DNA of 64,000 nt, from contig JBHPFA010000003.1 in the NCBI GenBank assembly GCA_042572295.1, forward strand, positions 45,802 through 109,801. Direction: 5' to 3'. The DNA is from Nanobdellota archaeon. Lineage in GTDB: Archaea; Nanobdellota; Nanobdellia; Pacearchaeales; JAHJTO01. Both the position numbers and the translations under genes were made by a program. This document shows, in pieces, positions 46,201 through 55,392 of this stretch (positions are counted from its first letter, which is position 1; each line of letters begins with the position of its first letter). The notes beneath the pieces were generated by a model. The model had not been told where the DNA came from and searched no databases. It saw only the letters and a program-made list of their open reading frames with translations.

Positions 46201-49200
46201 ATTTATTCCTGCACTATCAGCAACTCTGGAACCAGTGATTGTGTATCCTTGACAATCAACAGTTATGTTGTTTGCATCAATATCTATACAAGTTCCTGTA
46301 GAGGTTATATTGTTTAGTAAAGTATAAACAACATTTTCCGAACCCAAAGTTGTTGGACAGGAAGTAATATTTACTGCAGTGATTGGTATTTCCAAAACTT
46401 CCAAAGCAGTCGAATTCACAGGACTTCCAGCATCTTCCAAATCAGTTGGAATAACTTGACAAGTCCAATTCTCCCCAATAGTGGTCTCATCTGAATGTAT
46501 TGTTGAGGTATTCAAACCATTCAAGCCTTCTTGATAGACTTGAGCAATTTGATTAGCACTCATTGAATAATTGTAGATTTTTACTTCATCAATAGTCCCT
46601 TCATATTGACTACCTCCATCACTAAATTCCCCAATATAAATATTATTGGACAAACCAGTACTTAATGTAGCAGTATTTGATGCATAAACACTTCCATTAA
46701 CATAAATTATAGAGTTAGTTGTATTGTGAGTATAAACTACATGATACCAAGTAGATGTTTGAATACCTATAGGCCCCTCAATGCTTGGATCACCCCAAGC
46801 AACAAACCTAAATCTTCCACCTTGTAAATTTAAATAAGAAGCCAATCCTGAAGTTCCAGTAGGCCCCCATCCAAAAATATTCTGATCATTAGTAACTCCA
46901 CTTCCAGTATGAACCCAAGCCATCATAGTTCTTTCTTCATTACCTCTAGGAAGAGGAGTTTGATTAGCTGCAATAATATAATCTCCACTTCCATCAAAAG
47001 TGTACGCTCCTCCAACTTTTCCATTAGAAGTCCAGACAGCATTTGTTATTGATCCATCACTCCCATAACCAGAATAATCTTTCGCAGTACTAGACTCATT
47101 GACATCAAAAGGCATATTAAAAATAGCATCAGGAACATCATTCTTCCACCAATTGAATATTGGATAAACAGCATCTCCATCTTCATCTGAAAAAGACTGA
47201 GGGTAACAAGTGAGATTTTCACTTGAATAATTTTCCGCAGTTGTAGAGTTAAGTAAAGGTGTTCCTTGTGAAGGAACAAGATTTAATATTGTTAAAGTTG
47301 AAGAATTCTGCCATGCAGAATAATTCTCACCATCATAAGCCCTTGCCCCACAAATTACCCCATCACCTTTGCTAAAGTTTGGTGAATTAAGCAAAACACT
47401 TGCTGCAGAATTATTTGTAACTGAAGTTGCATTCTCTAAATAAACCGAAGAATCATTAACAAACCACCTAAACTCAACAGTTCCTGCAGTTCCTTCTGCA
47501 TCTGTGTAATTAACAGAACAATTCAAAGTAGAGTTTGTGTAAGCAGTACTTGGAATAACAAATGGAAGTGTTGTGTTTGGAGCTACATTTACTACCAATT
47601 CCAAAACTTCCAAAACAGTCGAATTGGCAGGACTTCCATCATCTTCCAAATCAGTTGGAATAACTTGACAAGTCCAATTTTCTCCAAGAGTAGTTTCATC
47701 TGAATGTATTGTAGAAGTATTCAAGCCATCCAAACCTTCTTGATAAATCTGCGCAACTTGATATGCAGATAAAGAATAATTATAGATTCTTGCTTCATCA
47801 ATTGTTCCTTCGAAATAACCGCTTCCAAAACCATACACTCCAACATAAATATTTGAATAAGTTGTACTTAGAGTAGTGGTTCTGCTCGCATAAAGACTTC
47901 CATTAACATATATTATGAGATTAGTCCCATCATGAGTAGCAGCTACATGATACCAAGTGTTTGTTTGAATATTCGCAGACCCCTCAAGACCAGGCTCACC
48001 AATTGCAACAAACCTAATTTTACCACCTTGTTGATTAAGATAAGAAGTATTCCCTGTATCAGTAGTGGGTCCCCACCCAAGAAAAGTTTGATCACTAGAA
48101 ACATCACTTCCAGTATAAATCCAAGCCATCAAAGTTCTAGGCTCATTACCTAATGGAAGATGTGTTTGATTAACAGCAGTTATATTTGCAGTACTTCCAT
48201 CAAAACTATAAGCTCCTCCAACTTTTCCAGAAGAAGTCCAAACAGCATTAGCTATTAATCCATCACTCCCATATCCAGAATAATCTTTAGCTTCGCTTGA
48301 ATCATTCAGATCAAAAGGCATATTAAAAATAGCATCTGAAACATCATTCTTCCACCAATTGAATATCGGATAAACAGCATCTCCATCAACATCTGAAAAA
48401 GACTGAGGGTAACAAGTGAGGTTTTCACTTGAATAATTTTCCGCAGTTGTGGAGTTAAGTATAGGTGTTCCTTGAGTAGGAGCATTATTTGAAGCTCCCA
48501 AAATCTCCAAAGCACTTGAATTAGCAGGATCTCCTGTTTCATTTAAATCAGTAGGAATAACTTGACAAGTCCAACTTTCACCAATAGTAGTTTCCTCTGA
48601 ATGAATTGTTGAAGTATTCAATCCTTCAAGTCCCTCTTGATACAATTGAGCAATCTGTTCCGGGGACATAGAGATATTATATAGCTTAACCTCATCAATA
48701 AGCCCATTAAACCACCTATTCCTTAGAGTATTTCCACCGATCTCCATATAATTCAAAGTCGTGACACTTCCAGGAACATAATCAGCACTTCCAATACTAC
48801 CTGAATTCGCATAAACTATAGCTTTTGATCCATTAACAGTCATAGCAAGTTGATACCAAGTATTCTGTGAAAGTGAATATTCGTCTACAACCTTATGATT
48901 AGTTCCATCTGGAGAGAAAAAAACGTTTAGCAAGTTCTGAGCGTTGTATTTGTATTCGAATGTAAATCCATCATCAGTTGAACCATAATTAGGAAGCTTA
49001 GCTGAAGTAACCATTCTTGGCCAAGATCCAGTCCCTGATCCAAGAGATTTTCTCCAAAATACAACCGTGAACTCTGTAAAATCTCCAAGAACGTGTGAAA
49101 CATTGATATGATCTCCATTTCCATCAAATTTATAAGCTCCGCCCTTTATTCCAGATGAACTCCAGAAAGTGTTACCATGAGGAGTTCCATTATTCCCATA

Positions 49201-52200
49201 TCCTGAATAATCTTTAGCCTCAATTGAACTATTCAAATCAAAAGGCATGTTTAATATTGCAATAGGAACATCATCTTTCCACCAATTGAATATTGGATAG
49301 GCTGCATCTGAAAGGGACTGAGGGTAACAAGTGAGGTTGTCACTTGTTAAATCTGCCCCAGTTGTAGAGTTAAGTATAGGTGTTCCTTGTGTAAGACCTG
49401 TGGGAGATGTTATTGTTAATTCTGAAGAATTCTGCCATTCAGAATAATTCCCTCCATCATAAGCTCTCACTGAACATATTACAGTATCTGCTAAACTAAA
49501 ATTTGATGAACTAAGCAACACACTCGCTGCAGAGTTATCTGCTACAGATGTTACATTCTCTAAATGAACAGAAAAATCATTCACAAACCAAATAAAGCTT
49601 ACATTTCCAGCTGTTCCTTCAAAGTCAGTATAATTCACAGTACAATTCAAAGTTGAAGCTGGATTTGCAGGCGTTGGAATAATCAAAGGTTTAGTAGTAT
49701 TTGGAGCTGCGTTCACAATCTCCAAAACCTCCAAAGCACTTGAATTAGCAGGATCTCCAGCATCTTCCAAATCAGTTGGAATAACTTGACAAGTCCAATT
49801 CTCCCCAATAGTGGTCTCATCTGAATGTATTGTTGAAGTGTTCAATGAATTATTTTCCTCCAAAAATAATTGATAAATTTGTGAAGCAGATAAAGAAGCA
49901 TTAAATATTTTAACATCTCCAAAAGAACCATCAAAAGTATTCCCAGATCCACCAAAATAAGATCCCAAACGAGTATTTCCCCCAATAGCTTTTGGAGTAT
50001 AAGCAATATCTCCTCCAATCTGTTGACCATTTTTATAAACTCTTGCAATAGTTCCTTCAAAGGCAAATACTATATGTTGCCAAACTCCTACATCCCCTGC
50101 AACATTTGTTTCCTTCCAAGCACCATCATAAAACAAGATAGTATCTTCACTACCTACATCCCTCATAGCCAACACTAATCTTCCACTTTCAGAATCTAAT
50201 AAGAAATCAGAATCAGTTAATGAAGTTGGTTTTACCCAAAAAATAAATGTCTTGTCTACATTAGAAGGTATTGAAAGAGAAGAAATAACAATATCATCTC
50301 CAGCATCATCAAAATAATAAGACCCTCCAAACCTACTTGATAAATTCCAAATAGGTCCTGCAATAGTCCCATCAATACCATTTCCAGAATAATCTTTTGC
50401 AGTCACTGAATCATTCAAATCAAAAGGCATATTTACCAATGCAACTGGTGCATCATCTTTCCACCAATTGAATATCGGATAAACTGCATCTCCATCTCCA
50501 TCTGCAAGACTTTGTGGATAACATGTTAAGTTCTCACTTGTAAAGTTTGTTCCAGTTGTAGAATTAAGTATAGGTGTTCCTTGAGTAGGATGAGCTTCCA
50601 AAATCTCCAAAGCACTTGAATTGGCAGGACTTCCATCATCTTCCAAATCAGTTGGAATAACTTGACAAGTCCAATTTTCTCCAACAGTTGTTTCTTCTGA
50701 AACTATTGTTGAAGTATTCAGATTATTCAAACCCTCTTGATACAATTGAGCAATCTGTTCCTGAGACATAGAGAAATTATATAGCTTAACCTCATCAATA
50801 AGCCCATTAAACCACCTACTTGAGGGATTATGACCTCCTATCTGCATATTATTGAAAGTTATTACGTTTCCAAAATCTCCTCTATCTACTGACCCGGCAA
50901 CAGTTGACCCATTATAAAGTGTGGCCCTAGTCCCATTGAAGGTCATAGCGACCTGATACCATACATTATCTGAAACAGAAAATGATCCGACTGACCATCC
51001 ATTTCCATCTTCCTTAAAGCCACCATTGATGATCGATTGACTATTAGTAGAATGTTCAAATGTAAATCCATCACTTGCTGAAGCATAATCTGCAATATTA
51101 CCTGCAGTAACCATTCTTGGGTAATCTCCAGTCCCTGATCCATGAGATTTTCTCCAGAACACAACAGTAAACTCTGAGAAATTTCCAAAAACGTGTGAAA
51201 CATTTATGAAATCTCCACTTCCATCAAATTGATAAGCCCCACTCCTCATTCCAGATGAATTCCAGAAAGTGTTATCCTGCAGAGTTCCATTATTCCCATA
51301 TCCAGAATAATCTTTTGCTTCAGTTGAACTATTCAAATCAAAAGGCATGTTCAAAACTGTTTGAGAGGTTCCATCTTTCCACCAATTAAATATCGGATAG
51401 ACTGCCTCTCCATTAGCATCTGAAAGGGACTGAGGGTAACAAGTGAGATTTTCATTTGTTGTATTCGCCCCAGTTGTAGAGTTAAGTATAGGTGTTCCTT
51501 GAGTCGGTGGAGAATTTAATGAAGAAATTCCAATTGTTAAGGTAGTTGAATTGGCAGGACTTCCATCATCTTCCAAATCAGTTGGAATAACTTGACAACT
51601 CCAATTCTCACCAAGAGTAGTTTCATCTGAAACAATTGTTGAAGTATTCAATCCAGTAAATCCCTCTTGATAGATTTGATTAATTTGATTAGCAGATAAA
51701 GAATAATTATAAACTCTCACATCATCAATTTTTCCAGTGAGTACCCCATCATCCCAACTTTGCTTCCCTATAGTAATATTTGAGGAAGTAGTAGCAAGAG
51801 TTAAAGAAGATTTACTAGCATACTGAGAACCATTGACATAAATAATTCCATCTGTTCCATTATAAGTAAATGCAACATGGTACCATATATTTCCTGGTAG
51901 GTCTGCACCCGTTTGTATATCATAAGCTGATGAAATTCCTACAAATCTAAATTTATTATTATCTGCTGTAAGATAACTACCTTGCCCAGCAATAGGATTC
52001 CCCCATCCAACAATTGTTTGAGGATATCCAATATTAAAATTGGGAGTAATTGCCCAGCCCATCATTGTTCTTGGTTCATTCCCTAAAGGAACAGAAGTTT
52101 GATTATCAACAGAAATACGAACATCATCACCCCTATCTCCACTAAAAGAATAAGCTCCTCCGATTTTTCCATCAGAAGTCCAAGTAGGCCCACTAGAATC

Positions 52201-53847
52201 TATATTCCCATCACTCCCATAACCAGAATAATCTTTAGCTTCGCTTGAATCATTCAAATCAAAAGGCATATTCAAAATAGCAACTGGAACATCATTTTTC
52301 CACCAATTAAATATCGGATAAACTGCATCCCCATTAGCATCTGAAAAGGACTGGGGGTAACAAGTGAGGTTTTCTGATTCATTATTTGTTCCACTTGTTG
52401 AATTCAAAATAGGTGTTCCTTGTGTAGGGGGAGAATTTACTAGAAGATTATCCCCAATTGTTAAAATAGTTGAATTAGCCGGATCCCCTGTTTCATTTAA
52501 ATCATTTGGAATAACCTGACAACTCCAATTCTCACCAAGAGTAGTTTCCTCTGAATGAATTGTTGAAGTGTTCAAAGAATTGTCTTCTTCTAAAAAGATT
52601 TGATAGATTTGTTCATCAGATAAAGCATAATCAAATACTTTAGTACCTTGCACTGCACCATCAAACCATTGACGGTCAGTATAAGTTCCAATTTTTCTTC
52701 CAAACTGAAGTGGATCGCTTCCAGTATTTAGGGCAATGGTCCCAGTATTATCTAATGTACCATTAATATACAACATTACATCAGTTCCGTTATAAGTTGC
52801 AGTAACATGATACCATTCTCCAGCATTAAGGACTGCATTTGAAGGAAGATCTCCACTAATTCCCCACATAGCAATATGTCCTGCTCCTGCCCATCCAAAT
52901 GTTGCAATAGAGAATACCTTATAAGTTTCATGAGTATTTAACCCCCATGAAACTGCTACTTGAATCTTATCTGCAGTAAAGCTATCGAACCTTGCCCAAG
53001 TCATCAAAGTTCTTGGAGCTGTACCAGTTGGAAACGTCCCAGTAGTATCGATATAATCCCCATTTCCATCAAACTCATAAGACCCCCCGCCTCTTGAAGA
53101 AAGAGCCCAAATAGCATTAGTTATTGTTCCATCATTCCCATTTCCAGAATAATCTTTTGTAGTTGTAGAATCATTCAAATCAAAAGGCATATTCACTAAT
53201 GTTTGAGAAACTCCATTTTTCCACCAATTGAATATCGGATAGACTGCATCTCCATCTCCATCTGCAAGACTTTGTGGATAACAAGTTATGTTATCAGATT
53301 CATTACTTGTTCCACTTGAAGAATTCAAAATAGGTGTTCCCTGAGTAGGGACTGCCAAAATCTGCAGGTCATCAGAAGAAGTAGACATTTCTTCTTCTGG
53401 AAATTCAACAAAAGGTTGTTCAGAAACAGAAGTATCTTGTTCTTCAGGCTGACTTAAATCAATTTGTGCTTCAATAGGTTCATCAATTGGTGGTTCAACA
53501 GGTTGTTCATCCACCACATCATTCAAATCATTCATGTCGATCAGGGGTTGAAAAGGAGCAGTAACTGCTCCAGAAATAACACCAAAAGTTGTAGAAAGGG
53601 ACTCTAGAGTTAAGCCTTCTACCCCTGATCCACTGAAGAATGAAAATAAAAATAAAGATATAAACATTAAAGCAAAAAGAGCAGAGAAAATTCTCCCCCA
53701 TCTTAAATTTTTAAGATGAAATAAAAAATTAGATTTTTCTTTATAATCTAAGTCAGAATGAAGCTTTTTACGGAATTTAGAATAGTCTTTCCATTCACAT
53801 TCTAGCCTAGACTTACTAGTACTACTTAACTCTACAAAGTCCCTCAT
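40270..53847 (-). CDS. Giant surface protein (4525 aa): 8 LamG-like modules, 2 Ig-like, 4 parallel beta-helix (CASH/NosD-like) modules, membrane-proximal module, hydrophobic segment and C-terminal tandem HTH
   Basis: Eight (P/L)(T/S)QGTP(I/L)LNS-initiated LamG modules; NNTLYDN/NNTIQ beta-helix repeats; WYIKIIAALAVFTL-KTKRKKR; HTH motifs LKLSEIAKVLNRNDRSIWTTY and LSNVEIAKMLDRDPRNIYTLF. Confidence 0.92.
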   Translation of the reverse strand: MRDFVELSSTSKSRLECEWKDYSKFRKKLHSDLDYKEKSNFLFHLKNLRWGRIFSALFALMFISLFLFSFFSGSGVEGLTLESLSTTFGVISGAVTAPFQPLIDMNDLNDVVDEQPVEPPIDEPIEAQIDLSQPEEQDTSVSEQPFVEFPEEEMSTSSDDLQILAVPTQGTPILNSSSGTSNESDNITCYPQSLADGDGDAVYPIFNWWKNGVSQTLVNMPFDLNDSTTTKDYSGNGNDGTITNAIWALSSRGGGSYEFDGNGDYIDTTGTFPTGTAPRTLMTWARFDSFTADKIQVAVSWGLNTHETYKVFSIATFGWAGAGHIAMWGISGDLPSNAVLNAGEWYHVTATYNGTDVMLYINGTLDNTGTIALNTGSDPLQFGRKIGTYTDRQWFDGAVQGTKVFDYALSDEQIYQIFLEEDNSLNTSTIHSEETTLGENWSCQVIPNDLNETGDPANSTILTIGDNLLVNSPPTQGTPILNSTSGTNNESENLTCYPQSFSDANGDAVYPIFNWWKNDVPVAILNMPFDLNDSSEAKDYSGYGSDGNIDSSGPTWTSDGKIGGAYSFSGDRGDDVRISVDNQTSVPLGNEPRTMMGWAITPNFNIGYPQTIVGWGNPIAGQGSYLTADNNKFRFVGISSAYDIQTGADLPGNIWYHVAFTYNGTDGIIYVNGSQYASKSSLTLATTSSNITIGKQSWDDGVLTGKIDDVRVYNYSLSANQINQIYQEGFTGLNTSTIVSDETTLGENWSCQVIPTDLEDDGSPANSTTLTIGISSLNSPPTQGTPILNSTTGANTTNENLTCYPQSLSDANGEAVYPIFNWWKDGTSQTVLNMPFDLNSSTEAKDYSGYGNNGTLQDNTFWNSSGMRSGAYQFDGSGDFINVSHVFGNFSEFTVVFWRKSHGSGTGDYPRMVTAGNIADYASASDGFTFEHSTNSQSIINGGFKEDGNGWSVGSFSVSDNVWYQVAMTFNGTRATLYNGSTVAGSVDRGDFGNVITFNNMQIGGHNPSSRWFNGLIDEVKLYNFSMSQEQIAQLYQEGLNNLNTSTIVSEETTVGENWTCQVIPTDLEDDGSPANSSALEILEAHPTQGTPILNSTTGTNFTSENLTCYPQSLADGDGDAVYPIFNWWKDDAPVALVNMPFDLNDSVTAKDYSGNGIDGTIAGPIWNLSSRFGGSYYFDDAGDDIVISSLSIPSNVDKTFIFWVKPTSLTDSDFLLDSESGRLVLAMRDVGSEDTILFYDGAWKETNVAGDVGVWQHIVFAFEGTIARVYKNGQQIGGDIAYTPKAIGGNTRLGSYFGGSGNTFDGSFGDVKIFNASLSASQIYQLFLEENNSLNTSTIHSDETTIGENWTCQVIPTDLEDAGDPANSSALEVLEIVNAAPNTTKPLIIPTPANPASTLNCTVNYTDFEGTAGNVSFIWFVNDFSVHLENVTSVADNSAASVLLSSSNFSLADTVICSVRAYDGGNYSEWQNSSELTITSPTGLTQGTPILNSTTGADLTSDNLTCYPQSLSDAAYPIFNWWKDDVPIAILNMPFDLNSSIEAKDYSGYGNNGTPHGNTFWSSSGIKGGAYKFDGNGDHINVSHVLGDFTEFTVVFWRKSLGSGTGSWPRMVTSAKLPNYGSTDDGFTFEYKYNAQNLLNVFFSPDGTNHKVVDEYSLSQNTWYQLAMTVNGSKAIVYANSGSIGSADYVPGSVTTLNYMEIGGNTLRNRWFNGLIDEVKLYNISMSPEQIAQLYQEGLEGLNTSTIHSEETTIGESWTCQVIPTDLNETGDPANSSALEILGASNNAPTQGTPILNSTTAENYSSENLTCYPQSFSDVDGDAVYPIFNWWKNDVSDAIFNMPFDLNDSSEAKDYSGYGSDGLIANAVWTSSGKVGGAYSFDGSTANITAVNQTHLPLGNEPRTLMAWIYTGSDVSSDQTFLGWGPTTDTGNTSYLNQQGGKIRFVAIGEPGLEGSANIQTNTWYHVAATHDGTNLIIYVNGSLYASRTTTLSTTYSNIYVGVYGFGSGYFEGTIDEARIYNYSLSAYQVAQIYQEGLDGLNTSTIHSDETTLGENWTCQVIPTDLEDDGSPANSTVLEVLELVVNVAPNTTLPFVIPSTAYTNSTLNCSVNYTDAEGTAGTVEFRWFVNDSSVYLENATSVTNNSAASVLLNSPNFSKGDGVICGARAYDGENYSAWQNSSTLTILNLVPSQGTPLLNSTTAENYSSENLTCYPQSFSDEDGDAVYPIFNWWKNDVPDAIFNMPFDVNESSTAKDYSGYGSDGSITNAVWTSNGKVGGAYTFDGSGDYIIAANQTPLPRGNEERTMMAWVHTGSGVTNDQNIFGWGPTGTSGLASYLNLQGGRFRFVAWGDPSIEGPIGIQTSTWYHVVYTHNTTNSIIYVNGSVYASNTATLSTGLSNNIYIGEFSDGGSQYEGTIDEVKIYNYSMSANQIAQVYQEGLNGLNTSTIHSDETTIGENWTCQVIPTDLEDAGSPVNSTALEVLEIPITAVNITSCPTTLGSENVVYTLLNNITSTGTCIDIDANNITVDCQGYTITGSRVADSAGINVTSVKNNATIKNCKIMNFSSGIFFTLVHEAAVVLNNTLYDNDNGIYLGPSVTASFISSNTIQNNSVKGIWFASASLNNISRNIIEGPESIFLSSSSNSNYFEHNRLSVLENTTYIRVISGVTNKFVNTTFKEGYTELRYPSEITLGSGNIVNNSYMNLTQNKVYLNSTSLTLFNISAEITLENASFTNPRALVDYDDDGNFDLCPAPQCNNLSWDGTTFVFNVSSFTTYSFEDTPSTNITSCPRTLDLANTVYTLQNNITSSGTCIDIDANNITVDCQGYTITGSRVADSAGINVTSIKADATIKNCKIINFSSGIFFTSSNEDAVVLNNTLYDNDDGIYLGPSVTSSFVTSNTLQNNSERGIVIDGYANNISRNILEGQELIVVLSSSNQNYFEHNRLSVLENTTYIRVAVGSTTTFANTTFREGSTDLRYPQEILIQSAGTVVNNSHLNLTQNKVYLNSTLLNPFNVSAEVTLENASFTNPRVLVDYGDDGNFDLCIAPQCNNLSWDGSTFVFNVSSFTTYSFEDTPSTNITSCPRTLDLANTVYTLQNNITSSGTCIDIDANNITVDCQGYTITGSRVAGSAGINVTSIKADATIKNCKIINFSSGIFFTSSNEDAVVLNNTLYDNDDGIYLGPSVTSSFVTSNTLQNNSERGIVIDGYANNISRNILEGQELIVVLSSSNQNYFEHNRLSVLENTTYIRVAIGSDTKFANTTFREGSTDLRYPQEIRIQSAGTVVNNSHLNLTQNKVYLNSTLLNPFNVSAEITLGGLEGLSFIEPQAYVDVGDTGSFSACNATTTPVCNNLSWDGSTFVFNVSHFTSYRVQEGITVPGICGNLDSANTVYTMTRDVSSSETCFNIDADNVTLDCAGFLINGSRASSSYGVNITRSSSTNTNVTIKNCIIENFEYGIESRLGNNNTFFNNTINDSVYYGLRISSGGEHTIVSNRILEGGYGIYLASSSLNQIINNTVQESTWEDLILTANSASECSHKIENMTGSGGRQIGFYNYSVNLENQEFSSLILCDADYSNITNVNVSGSDSLGNNRIHLLAGTASVHIDNVNSSNNLYGVYVGLGCSNNTIENSEFVSSGLEGIYLRTNVRNTTIRNNTISNSISAGILFSAAHGNRVIGNTFFQNNPEIYFSGNAQNNSVYNNLFNNTNYVTAPTPKVNYLNATQQAGTRIFGEGTQIGGNYWTNSSGTGFSDTCADANTNGFCDVAYNLTGNNTDYLALSDEYQIPANIAPTQGTPILNSTTGDNTTNENLICYAQNLDDTEGDQIYLTFNWKVDGNSLTVLNMPFDNNVTNATDAVWDYSGLGNNGSLLGASGAYPQWNTSILVGGAYEFNPYNATRIKVVDDDSLSFVNEEFSMEVWARPGGYTGFTQYMTYKWGTSGSREYGLSIVTSDQVRLILGDGATDTVSADSIGTVNNNVWNHIVATYNGSNIKFYINGSLDNNVGNKVADLVNVGVDFYIGATNTGSSAFNGTLGKVVLYNKTLSDSQVALLYNEATEYFNSSTLTSDLTSAGEEWACEVTPSDLEDVGNMSNSTALEVLGPLNAAPQITQIFVGSSITPEEAGVVNVSVNFTVLDTEGFADVNVSTAAVNFTRGIEPLRENTSCSSGSSSGNYINFTCTVGMWYFDEAGSWNITATVSDESWENATNDTVSFTYESFPAIVMSPASINWFEIVRGSSNQLPDSNLTINHTGNAVISNISVSAVNLTGEQDGNYIIYAENFSVSSNLAAACSGDSLVQDTFVNVTGSSLTRGNLSEGGGTAQEELAYCLTETSADLIKQAYSTALSRAWYIKIIAALAVFTLKTKRKKRVLKALRELREVYGLSPEELVSSAMTLREEERRTIPISLFKSNISPAELVVRYMKEEFDLKLSEIAKVLNRNDRSIWTTYQNASKRREKLIVKKGELEVPVSIFSDRRLSILESLTLHLRKEGLSNVEIAKMLDRDPRNIYTLFKRAGDKLKKKENL
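43907..45670 (-). repeat. Intragenic tandem repeat, 882-bp unit (294 aa), two near-identical copies plus a diverged third to ~46380
   Basis: Constant 882-nt offset (e.g. GCAGAGACATTAAA at 43907 and 44789) with only scattered substitutions. Confidence 0.93.
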
Positions 53848-53856
53848 TTTTCTACT

Positions 53857-54014
53857 TAATATGTATGATTTTTACCCTTAAAAAGGTTTCTCAAGTAACT
53901 AATTTGTATGATTTAAGACTCCTTACCCCACATCCCACAAATTAGGTCCCTTTCTACCTAATATGTATGATAAACTAGCTTATAAAGATTACTATAATCA
54001 CTAATATGTATGAT
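53857..54014 (-). promoter_or_regulatory. Promoter with four copies of the 13-bp motif TAATATGTATGAT
   Basis: Copies at 53857-53869, 53900-53912 (one mismatch), 53959-53971 and 54002-54014; minus-strand TATA TTTTTAAG starts at 53884. Confidence 0.82.
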
Positions 54015-54075
54015 TAAAGAAAAATGGCATAAAAATCTCTAAAAAAGGACTTCAATAAAGGGCTAAAAAACACGT

Positions 54076-55344
54076 TTATTTACGTTTTGATTTCTTTGAT
54101 TTTACACTTATTTTGTTCCCCATTGCAAGTTCAATAGGTGAGAATTTTGGCGTTGGTTTTAATTTCAAAAACCAAACTGCTGATGAAATTGCTAAAATAG
54201 ATAAAACAAATAAAACAATTCCAATCGGTTTAGTTAGAGGTGCAGGTAAAACAACAGTAAACAAAGGGACAGATGCAATTGCAACTTGATCTTCAAAAGT
54301 TAAAGAAACATAAAGTACATATTTTCCTTCAACAATATTTTCAGGAATTAAGATTTCTTTTACATAAGTCTGATTTTTTATTTCTATTGCTTCTGAAAAC
54401 TGAACAACAATATTATTTTCCAAATCTTTTATTACATAATTCAATTCTCCGTCGACAATCGCTCCAAAAGAAGTTATAGTAACTTCTGTAGGAATTACAT
54501 CTCCTGGATTAACTTTATCAAATTCTTCCAAAATAATTAAATCAATGTCAAATCCTAAATCTCTGCTTTCAACTTCAATAACTACTGGAATTCTATAACT
54601 CTTTTCTCCAAGCTCTACAATTATAAATCCTCCAAAAACTCCCAAATCTTCAAACAACCCAACAGAAAATTCTACAGGAATTTCTTTCAATTCTCCAGCA
54701 CTTAAAACAAAAGTATTTCCTTCTGGGAAATCAATATAATTTACAATTCTTTGAGGAGTTAGACTTATTGTAATTTCTTCATCTTCAACATTTTCAAAAC
54801 CAATAAAAGAAGTGAAAGACTCTCCCTGTTTTAATTTAATTTTTAATTCATCAACTTTTATGATACCTTCTTCAAAAAGATCATCTACTTCTCTTACATC
54901 TCCTCCGCCACCACCTCCGCCAGGAGAAGGTGTAGGTGTTGGGCTAACAGTAACATTCACAAAAAAAGCGACACTTGCAGAACTGATTCCATAAGAATTA
55001 TTTGCATAAACAAACATAGTCTTATTCCCATTAGAAACAGTAAAAGAAGTAATTGGTCCAAAAAAAGAAGTATTTGTTATTCCGGAATTTAAAGTAAACC
55101 AATTAAGATCTCCTCCTCCAAATATTTGTAAAGTCAAAGAAGCACTATTATAAGTTGTATTAGTTGGACTCAATATGTTTAAATCTGGAACTCCTGGAAG
55201 CAATACAGATGCATTAACTGCCTTTAAGGCCTCCCCAGTTAAGTCTATCGCATCTCCAGTTAAGTCTTTAAATTCATTATCAGCGACGACAAAAGGCATC
55301 ATTAACATTATAAAAACAAAACAAAGTATCAATCCCTTTTTCAT
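54076..55344 (-). CDS. Secreted Ig-like protein with poly-Gly linker and C-terminal TM anchor (422 aa)
   Basis: ATG 55344 (MKKGLIL) has TATA 29 nt upstream and a GAGGGA SD; its N-domain resembles that of the 1499-aa protein (L-x-I-x-SP-x-N...(Y/V)YANNS-x-GI); PTPTPSPGGGGGGG linker; C-terminal TM plus basic tail. Confidence 0.85.
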   Translation of the reverse strand: MKKGLILCFVFIMLMMPFVVADNEFKDLTGDAIDLTGEALKAVNASVLLPGVPDLNILSPTNTTYNSASLTLQIFGGGDLNWFTLNSGITNTSFFGPITSFTVSNGNKTMFVYANNSYGISSASVAFFVNVTVSPTPTPSPGGGGGGGDVREVDDLFEEGIIKVDELKIKLKQGESFTSFIGFENVEDEEITISLTPQRIVNYIDFPEGNTFVLSAGELKEIPVEFSVGLFEDLGVFGGFIIVELGEKSYRIPVVIEVESRDLGFDIDLIILEEFDKVNPGDVIPTEVTITSFGAIVDGELNYVIKDLENNIVVQFSEAIEIKNQTYVKEILIPENIVEGKYVLYVSLTFEDQVAIASVPLFTVVLPAPLTKPIGIVLFVLSILAISSAVWFLKLKPTPKFSPIELAMGNKISVKSKKSKRK

Positions 55345-55392
55345 AGTTCCCTCAAACAAAAAAACTATTTAAACATTGTCTTTAGAAAAAAA

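Noticed and set aside
32074-54014. 13-bp repeats with 34-59-nt periods as mini-CRISPR arrays
   Set aside because: Repeat too short, spacing irregular, no cas genes, and placement is promoter-specific.
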